Origin: Camelus dromedarius
Lineage: Eukaryota
Direction of reading: 5' to 3'
Length of the DNA stretch: 64,000 nt
Assembly (NCBI RefSeq): GCF_036321535.1
Contig: NC_087472.1
Location: 91,452,001-91,516,000, forward strand
Below are positions 55,146 to 64,000 of the stretch, piece after piece. Positions within the stretch are counted from its first letter, which is position 1; the number at the start of each line of letters is the position of its first letter. The notes beneath the pieces are model-generated. The model worked only from the letters and a program-made list of their open reading frames with translations, searched no databases and was not told where the DNA came from. Made by a program: the position numbers and the translations under genes.

Positions 55146-55355
55146 CAGGGCTGCACTATGATATTTATGGGTTTGAGCCATTTGCCTTCATGGGCTACTT
55201 CCTCCATAGAAAGCTATTAAAATATATTTATGACTACATTGGCATAAATATTATTGTAATCCAGGGTGGATTCATTATTATGTTTTAATATTTCTTATTT
55301 GAAAGGAAATTAAAATATTTGTGTGGGCTCCTACAAGTATCGTACATCAGTCCTG
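55146..55355. mobile_element. hAT MITE nested in an older Charlie-type MER (about 55050-55510)
   Basis: Terminal inverted repeats cagggctg...cagtcctg; degenerate 8-bp TSD atcataac (55138-55145) / ctcataat (55356-55363). Confidence 0.65.
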
Positions 55356-56179
55356 CTCATAATGCATAAGTAAAGACTCGCAGAAGTCTTGTGAAGAGAA
55401 AACGTATTTACTTTTGTTTTACCTATTATTTCCAAATTTTTTGCTCACAGGGTCCTATTAACATCTCAAAGATCACTAGTGTTGTATAAAACATGGTTTA
55501 GAAAAAAGTGTTCTGTGCTCTCCAACTGCAGGGATACTCTGCAGAAAGGTAGATAGTGATAACAAAATCAAGTTACTCTTCTTGGCTGTGGTTGAGATCT
55601 CGGAATTAGCTGTAAAATACTCATAAAAGCCTCTTCAAGATGTTTTATAGAGCAAGCAAGCACATCAAATGTTCACATATGGTTCACATTAACGTATGGA
55701 ATAGTTGACAATTATATTTCATTAACACATCTTTCTCGTACATGGGAATGGCAATACACCATTAACTCGTGCTTTTGCTCCTTAAACTAATCAACTAAAA
55801 TTAGATGTCTATAAAACTCGATTCCCAACTCATTTTCAGAAGATGGATAATAGAAATTTCATGAATGAGAAATCAGTGTTTACTGCATATGGTGACTACT
55901 TTAAAATGTGGCTGCATTCTCTATGCTTTTATGATTCTTTTGACACATTGATATGGAACAATCAATTGGTATCTCATGTCTATAACAACTGTTAATATTC
56001 CTCTTAAGAAGAAGTGTTTCTTATGAGTATCATCATGGAAACCTGGGACATTATCTGAGGTCTGGAATGAGAGCTATGCCTGAGATTCCAGAGAAACGTC
56101 TCTTTCTCAAGGGTCTAAGTTAGTTGGTGAAGAAACAGATGTCATTTTAGGAGCTATATACATTCTCTATAGTTGGGTT

Positions 56180-56560
56180 CAGTTCAGTAACATTCACTGA
56201 GTGCCTTCTGTGTGTCAGGTACTAGGCACAAATGAAATACAGCCCCATGGGTAAAGAGCTCAAATCTAATATGTATACAGCAAGTTTTAATACCGTGTGG
56301 TGGGAGGTATGCACAGGATGTTATGGAAGCATATGGGGGCAGCAAAGGGAGATGCTGGGTAGGCACCTAGCCCAACCAGTGTAAAAAGGAAAGAGAGAAA
56401 AAAGATGAGGTGGTAAACAGGCTTACTGAGGAATGAAAGAGGAGCAAAGGACAGGAAACAATGCCTAAAGAAAACAGTTTGAAAAATGGGATGCACTTTG
56501 TTTCAGTTTCCAAATAAATTAAGTAGAACAATTTTGGAACAGGCAGGCAGCAAAGTTTCA
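56180..56560 (-). mobile_element. L2 3' end
   Basis: cattcactgagtgccttctgtgtgtcaggtactagg...cagccccatgggtaaagagctcaaatcta. Confidence 0.65.
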
Positions 56561-56751
56561 TGTTATATTTAAAGAATAAATTTGAAATTGTAGAGATGAG
56601 AGAGGCAAAGAGCTGTTACATGAGAGACTATTTGCTTGTTTTTATAGCAAGGGAAGGCTATGAAGTCTAAAAATCAGAGTTAGAAATTTACAACAATCAC
56701 ATATCTTCCAGATGTATACTTTTATAGAGATCCTATGATATACTGGCAGGT

Positions 56752-57155
56752 AATGAGTCAGGATAGGATAACCTTATGCCACAGGAGCAAACAAACAAAC
56801 AAACAAAAAATCTCAGTAGTTTAACACAAAATTTAGATTTCACTCACCAAGTCTGTGGTGGGTCTAGAGATTCTCCAAAGTAAACAATTCCATGAGAAGA
56901 CCAGAGGTGCAGGCTGTTTTGATCTTTCATCTCCATCAACTCAACATGATATCTCCTCCACGTTTGCTGTGGGAAAGGAAGGAAATACTAGAAGGTCAAA
57001 CACTGGCTATGAAACACTTTGGTCTGGAAGTGACACCTAATGTTTCTCACAATATTGGCCAGACCTAATTACATGGTTTGCCAATGCGTAATACTTCTCT
57101 GTATTTGTAGGAGAGGAAAACTGGGTTAGGAAGAACACAGATGACTCTATCGCAA
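56752..57155 (-). mobile_element. Old MaLR LTR (MLT1J-like)
   Basis: gagtcaggataggata...aaaatctcagtagtttaacac...tggaagtgacac...attggccagacctaattacatgg. Confidence 0.6.
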
Positions 57156-57929
57156 CAGTCTTTAGATAGAAATGCCTTTTTGTGAGCTCAAAGACTTAAC
57201 TCCCTGAATCAATAATAGTTGATTGGTATTCTTTTCAAAAATATTTTAAAGAATAATAGAGTCAGAGTGTTTAAATTTTCCATACGGATTTTCAAGCAGC
57301 TAATTAACTGGTTATGTATAATTTTCAGTATAAAATCTTTAACTGCTTTTAGGAAGTAACCACATACTTATCAGAAAGCTAAGGTCAATAGCCACTGTGA
57401 ATATTTAAACTTTCTAGAGTAATAGAATAGTCAGTATTATTTTTTATGGTAGTCAAGCTTTCTCAAAGTGGAGCACTCTCATTAAGATTAACTGTGGTAC
57501 CTGCTAAGAATGAAGATTTCTAGCCCCACCTACAGAATGAGACTCTCTGGAGGTAAGAAACTGCAAGCTTTCCTTGGAATTATTATACATACTGATGTTC
57601 AAGAATCTTTGACCCAGAGGAAGTAGATGGCCAATGCTGGGGAAAGGAAACAATGGACTTTCTTGAAACCTAATTGTGGAGCAGAGCTTGCCTTGAGACT
57701 TGCCTAGTTGAAGGCAAGAAGTAGTTCTGAATTAACTCATGTTAGTCCTGGTTAGAAGAAATCTCAACAAGCAGGACCCTCCTGGGAGCATCCCAGCTGT
57801 CTATTCAGCAGGGAAATCCTACCATGCTCTGAATCATTGGACCTAGTTTGAGCACAGAGCTAATTCAAGAATCATGCTTTTCACTTTGATGTTTTTATTT
57901 TCACCTCTTGTTTTTTCTGGGTATCTCCA

Positions 57930-59045
57930 TCTAGTGTTATTGCTTTAAATATCTTCTAGATGCTAACTCTGCAAATATACCTCTCTAGACAGACCCTCTT
58001 TTCTAACTCCAGACTATTGCCAGCTCAACATCTCCATTCTGATATGGCTAGTAGACCTTTCAAAGTTAACATGTCTAAAACTGATCCTTAGTAATCTTCC
58101 TCTAAACGTCTCCTCCCATGGACTGACTCCTCCATCTCAGTTTATGGCAACTTCATTTTTTGTTGATTCAGGCCAAAGTTCTTAGAGTTATCCTTGACTT
58201 CCCTTTCTCCCACATATACCATCAAAATCTCTAACAAATGCTCTTAACTTTGTTTTGAAAATATACCCAGGTTCTGATCACTTCTCATTCATCCCCACTG
58301 TTATTACTTCAGCCTTAGTCCCCAGCATCTATTATCTGGCTTATTTAAAAGCCACCTAAATGGTCTGTTTCTTTCTTAAGTCCCCTTTAGTCTGTTCTCA
58401 ACATGGCAGCCAACATGACTCTTTTAAAATATTATGACAGATCATAACCACTCTTGTGCTCAGAATCCTCTAAAAGGTTCCCCACATCACTCAGAGGGAA
58501 AAGAAATCAAAGTTCTAACAATGCTCTGCATGCATGATCTTGCCCTTCTTTCCAACCTTATCTCCTATGTGTTTCCCTTTTCATTCATTTCAGATACAGT
58601 AAACTTTTTTATTTTCTTTAACACACCAGTCCTGGTCTCTCCTTTGTACCTGCTCCTTCACCTGTCTGGATAATTTTCCCGGGATATTTTCAGGTCATCC
58701 TTCAGATCTTTGTTCAAAGGGCATCTTCTCAATGTGGATATAGTGATAAATGATAAGGAGAAAGAGAGGGATACAATGTTCTGGGTTGGAAGGAGAGTGG
58801 TCCACTGTAGCTAAACTGTCACCCTCCTCCCAGTCTAGCACATTATATCCTCTTTCTTTCACTTTAGCACTTGTCATAAAATACACAGTGTATTTTAATT
58901 TATATCTCGTTTATTATCTTCTTTCTACATTAGTTTGTAAAGGTTTATGAAAGCAAGCTTTTTATCTGTTTTGTACACTGATGTATTGCAGCATCTAGCA
59001 CATCTAGTCATTCAACAAACATTTCTTGAAAGAACAAATGAATAT
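57930..59045 (+). mobile_element. L2 ORF2 end and 3' terminus
   Basis: ttcaaagttaacatgtctaaaactga...caggccaaa...atccttgacttcc...tttatctgttttgtacactg...ttcaacaaacatttcttgaaagaacaaatgaat. Confidence 0.8.
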
Positions 59046-59316
59046 TTATCTTCTAATGATAACCAGTCCTTGGTACATATTGTTCTGATACCCATATTTT
59101 ATTGAAGTTTTGTGACCTGCTATTTCTCCCAGCTTACTAAATATCTTAAAACTTTTCCCTCAAAATTGTTAAGTGGTAAAGAATAACTCAAAGGAAAATG
59201 ACACAAAGTGGGCATGATGACCAGTGCTTTGGACCCAAGAGGAGAAAATTCCAGGAAAACAAGTCAGAGTAAAAGGAATGGGGCAAAAACTTTTTGCAAA
59301 TACAGAGGTATGTAGC

Positions 59317-59896
59317 TGTGGTAGGCAGCCTCTAAAATGGCTTCCAATGATCCTTGCTTCCTTGTATTCAAGAGAAATCTCCTTCCCTTCAATTTGGTTT
59401 TGACCTAGTGACTTACTTCTAACAACAGAATATAGCAAAAGTAATGGCATGTCATTTCCAAGATTTGGCTACAAAATGACCTAGTTTCCATGTTGCTTAG
59501 CCTCTCTTGTTCTCTCTCACTTTCTCACTCTGATGAAGCAAAATGCCATGTCATCAGGTGTTCTATGGAAAGACCCATAATATGGCAAGGAACTAAGGAA
59601 AGCCTCCACCAATAGCCAGCCTGATTCAGCCTTCAGTCTGACTGCCCGTGAGAGGTCAATTCTTCCAACAACTAGGGTGAGCTTGGAAGCATACACTTCT
59701 CTTCTGGAGCCTTGAGATGACTGCTGCCCTGGCCAATACCTTGGTTGACTATAGTCTGAGAGACCCTGAGCCAGAGGACCCAGCTAAGCTATTCCTAGTT
59801 TTCTGAGCCACAGAAACTATGAGATAATTAATGTTTGCTATTTCAAACCATAATTTTGGGGGGTAATTTGTTACTCAGCCATAAATAACAAATACA
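59317..59896 (+). mobile_element. MaLR solo LTR (MLT1F-like)
   Basis: tgtggtaggcagcctctaaaatggc...ccagaggacccagctaagc...ggtaatttgttactcagccataaataacaaataca. Confidence 0.85.
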
Positions 59897-60029
59897 ATGG
59901 TCATAGAGTAAAATGTACAATTGCATATAAGAGTATCTTTTCAAGGAAACATGAATTATTGGTGATAAATGGTAAATTTCAAAGAACTACATTCATAGTA
60001 GCATTTATCAAACTGGTTGTAATTATTCC

Positions 60030-60530
60030 TCCATTCCACAAATATTTTATTTAGAACCAGCTGAGTGACAGGCAGAACTCAAGATGGAAAAAGTATTTAC
60101 TTTAATAGTTTATAATCCAGTGTAAGGTGAGAGTGATGAGGACAAACATCAAGTCCAGATAGAAATGATTAACAATTCTAGACAAAATAAAACTGAGTTA
60201 CAATATGTAGACAGACTGGCCATTGGAAGGCCTCTTGGAATTTGTAACCACTGAGTTGAATGCTGACTGATGAGAAAACTGTGGCCATGGGAAAAATCCG
60301 TGGGCAGAAAGAATGGCCAAATGCTAATCTGAGAATAAGAAGAGCGTGCAGTGAGGCAGCGAGGGGTTGGATCATGTAGTGTGTTTGGATTTTATTCTAA
60401 AGGTAGTAGAAAGTCTTTAAAGAGTTTAACAGGGAGTAAAAGATTCCATTTTAAATGTTTAGATGGTTATTCTGGGTTTTGTATAAAAAATGGACTGTGG
60501 TGAACAGGAGGTTAGGGAAAGAAACTTAGG
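60030..60530 (-). mobile_element. L2 fragment
   Basis: cattccacaaatattt...tttggattttattctaaagg...gagtttaacaggga. Confidence 0.6.
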
Positions 60531-61398
60531 AGACAGTATGGGGTTAGTTACTTTATTGGCAATGGAGCACTGAGTCAACAAGTCTTTGCATGAGGGGAGT
60601 ATGAGACTGTGAGACCATGGCAGATTCACAAGTGGGTCTTATTTCCTGTCAGTATAATCTGAATGACTGGCAAATTGGTTCGTGCACAGTGATGTTAGGG
60701 GAATAAAAAGAAGTCGCATTTGCAAGCAACTCATTTGCTCTTAGGACAGGGTCAAGTTTACTTCTATTAATCAAAGGAACGTTTCAAGATATATTAGACT
60801 TGGTGTTCTGTGCAAGGAACAACTCCTCACTGCTCAAGAAGAAAATGCAACTTTGATGTTTTTAAAACAGCTGTTAACATTTTTGTCTGTGTGTGTTCAT
60901 AAGTAAGATTTTTGACCTTGAAGACTAGCTTCACAGAACTATAAACCAATTAAATGTTAAACACAGTGTCTCTTAACCTTGGTAATAAGTATTCCACATA
61001 GAAATGACTCTTCAATTCCCTTTATGCTAATTAGAACTCTAAGTAAAAAACAAATTACAAGTAGAGATATACTCAGTTGATTGGCCTTACAACTGCCATG
61101 AAAAAGAAAGAAAATGATAAAATGTGTCATGGGATGGGAAAGTTGAAATGCTTACAGCTGTTACTTTGACAAACTGCTAGCTTGATGCTGACTCATAGTC
61201 TAAAGGGCTATGGAAAACTGGGACAAAAGAGAGGTGAAGTAGGAAGTGGGTACAAACTTTCCAAATCACCATGAGTTCTTCAAGTATTATAAAAACAATG
61301 TAAGTCTGGTAACATGACTTTTTTGCAAGTTTACCTTTCAAGGGGACCACTGAGAATAAAATAGGCCATTACTACAACTGCATCTTTGTATGAATGTG

Positions 61399-61697
61399 TG
61401 TATTAGTTACCTAAGGTTGCTGTAACAAACTACCACACATTTGGATTAAAGCAGCAGTAATGTATTCTCTCATAGTGCTGGAGGCCAGAAATCTGAAATC
61501 AAAGGGTCAGCAGGGTTGATGCCCTCTGCAGACACTGAAAGAGAAACTGTTCCATGCCACTTTCATAGTTTCTGATGGCACTGGCAATATTCAGTATGTT
61601 CTTTGGCTTGTAGAAACATCACTCCCATCTCTGCCCCTGTCTTCACAAGGCTTTCTTGCCTGTATCTTTCCAAGTCTCAAATCTCTCTCTCCTTTCT
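61399..61697 (-). mobile_element. Partial MaLR LTR (MLT1C-like)
   Basis: tgtattagttacctaaggttgctgtaacaaactaccac...ctggaggccagaaatctgaaatc...ttggcttgtag...atcactcccatctctgcc. Confidence 0.75.
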
Positions 61698-62434
61698 GGC
61701 TCTCACTGCCTTGTGCTACAGGTTGGGGGTGGATTTGTGGGAGTAATGAATTTGAAATGAGCCCAGAGCTTTCTGTTCTCCTTAACAATGGCCTAACCAC
61801 AAGGGAAACTGTTTTGCCAGAGCCTAACCCATTTAGATTTTACCACAGCCTAACTGATCTAGGGGAAGGGAAATACTCAACTCCAGGTCCCTGTAGTCTT
61901 ACTATCTCATCTAAGTCATTCCTATACTTTGTATCTTCAGTGCTAAAATTGACTATGATTCCTGAAATAAGGAGTCTAAATAAGCAAATTAAACTTTAGA
62001 ATCAAGTAATTTAAAAAATGTTTAAATCTTGTCCTGCAAAATCCGTAAGTATAGCTGGTGGTTTTACTGTCAAAATTTAAACCTATTATGTAACCTATTA
62101 TGTAATAAATGAAACTTAAATAAGAGAAGTCATCAAAGTAAATAATTCCTAAGTAAAAACTAAATTGTTACATTAATTATATTTTTGAGGAGTACATGAA
62201 AAGTTTCCCATCTTACTCTAATTTAGTAATCACAGTCTCACTGAAGACTGACTCCTAATCATAAGATTATAAAATGTTTCTCCTACCCTCACATTTTATC
62301 ACATCAATATGGCCCCTGTATAATAACAGGGGTTTACAGCTTAAAGAACTATAATCCTCAGACCTAATTTAAGAAGTCTCTAGGGAAATCCAAAGATAAC
62401 AGGGGGGACAAAAAGAAGAAAACTAGATGATACT

Positions 62435-63555
62435 GTAGTCTCTGACACCACAGCTACAGCAAACAGTAAATATCCTCGCTAGATAGACATAAAACCACAC
62501 ACTACAGGCATAGCCATCTCAGTTTCTTCTACTCAGTCTACCATGTCTACATTTCAACAAAAAATTACAAGGCACGCTAAAAAGTAAAAAAAAAAAATCT
62601 AAGGAGAAAAAGGAAGCATCAGAAACAGACTTAGATATGGCAGAGATTTTAGAATATCAAGTTAGGAATTTAAAATAGCTATGTTATGGGCTGAATTGTG
62701 TCCCCCGTCCCCCAATTCACATGTCAAAGTCCTAATCCCCAGTATCCCAGAATGTGAGTGTATTAGGAGAAAGGGCCTTTAAAGAGGTAATAAAGTTAAA
62801 TGAATTCATTAGAGTGGGCGCTAACCTAATATAGCTGGTGTCCTTATAAGAAGAGGAAATTAGGACATAGACAAGCACAGAAGGAAGACAATGTGATGAC
62901 ACAAAGAGAAGACAGCCATCTATAGGCCTCAGAAGCAACTAATCCTACTGACACCTTGATCTTGGACATTTAGCCTCCAAAACTATGAGAAAAGAAATTT
63001 CTGTTTAAGGCACCCAATCTGTGAGACTGTTCATTATGGCAGCACTAGAAAACTAATACAATAATTAATATGCTAAGGGCTCTAATGGAAAAATTGGACA
63101 ATGTGCAAGAACAGATGGGTAATGTAAGGAGAAAGATCAACACTCTAAGAGAAAATCAAAAGGAAATGCTAGAAATGAAAAACATCATTAACAGAAATGA
63201 AGAATACATTTGATGGACTCATCAGTAGAGTGGACACAGCTAAGGGAAGTAGTGTGCCTAAAGATATGTCAATAGAAACATCCAACAGAAAAGCACAGAG
63301 AAAAAAAGGATAGAAAAAATAGAACAGAATATTCAAGAACTGTGGGACAATTATAAAAGTTATATATATATATAAAAGTTGCAACAATATGCTTAAGAAA
63401 CAGAAAAAGGAGAAGACTCAGAGAAAGGAAGAGAAGAAATATCTGAAATAATAAGGGCTGAGAAATTTCCAAAATTAATGACAGACACCAAACCATAGAT
63501 CCAGGAAGCTCAGAGACCATGAAGCTGGAAAAATACCCCAAATCTACACCTACAC
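62435..63555 (+). mobile_element. Old L1 5'/ORF1-region remnant interrupted by an LTR
   Basis: tttcaacaaaaaattacaaggcac...agaacagatgggtaatgtaag...tttgatggactcatcagtaga...caagaactgtgggacaattataaaa...tccaggaagctcagaga. Confidence 0.75.
62682..63060 (+). mobile_element. MaLR solo LTR (MLT1B-like)
   Basis: tgttatgggctgaattgtgtcccc...ggtgtccttataagaagagga...gacaccttgatcttggac...gcagcactagaaaactaataca. Confidence 0.85.
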
Positions 63556-63556
63556 A

Positions 63557-63994
63557 TACTAGTTTCCTAGGGCTACCATAACAAAGTACCATTAACTGAG
63601 GGACTTAAAACAACAGAAATTTCTTATCTCACAGTTCTGGGGCTAGAAGTATGAAATGAAGGTGTCAGCAGGGCCCTGCTCCCTCTGAAACCTGTAGGGA
63701 AATCCTTCCTTGCCTCTTTTTAGCTTCTGGTAGTTTGTTGGCAATCTTTGGCATTCCTTGGCCTACAGCTGGATAACTCCAATATTTGCCCTCATTATCA
63801 CATGGCATTTCACCTGTGTATCTCTGTACATAATTATATTCTTAGAAGAACATCAGTCATACATTATAACTTAACTAATTACATCTGCAATGACCTTATT
63901 TCCAAATAAGATCACATTCTGAGGTTCTGGGAATTAGGACTTCAATATATCTTTTTTGAGGGGTGGAGGGAATGACACAAATCAACTCATAATA
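63557..63994 (-). mobile_element. MaLR solo LTR (MLT1C-like)
   Basis: tagtttcctagggctaccataacaaagtacc...ctaattacatctgcaatgaccttatttccaaataagatcacattctgagg. Confidence 0.85.
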
Positions 63995-64000
63995 GCATAT

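Overview
Mammalian, AT-rich, repeat-dense non-coding DNA (intergenic or deep intronic). Three tRNA-derived SINEs resembling the tylopod Vic-1 family suggest a camelid. The only recognisable gene-derived sequence is a full-length, intronless retrocopy of TUBA1A (alpha-tubulin 1A) on the minus strand (about 19569-21261). It has both UTRs, a decayed poly(A) tail, an 11-bp target-site duplication (TSD) and a still-open 453-codon ORF. By eye that ORF carries about 31 amino-acid substitutions (including R2H, G144V, D251K) plus a stop-loss adding Ser-Ser after the terminal Tyr. The rest is L1 (young and old), L2, MIR, MaLR/ERVL LTRs and hAT MITEs, plus a few repeat-free stretches that may be conserved enhancers. 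Structurally notable insertions are a twin-primed (5'-inverted) L1 at 391-639 and a TSD-flanked chimeric or transduced insertion at 1000-1461. I found no convincing new biological system. Repeat subfamily names and most repeat boundaries come from recalled consensus sequences and are approximate.
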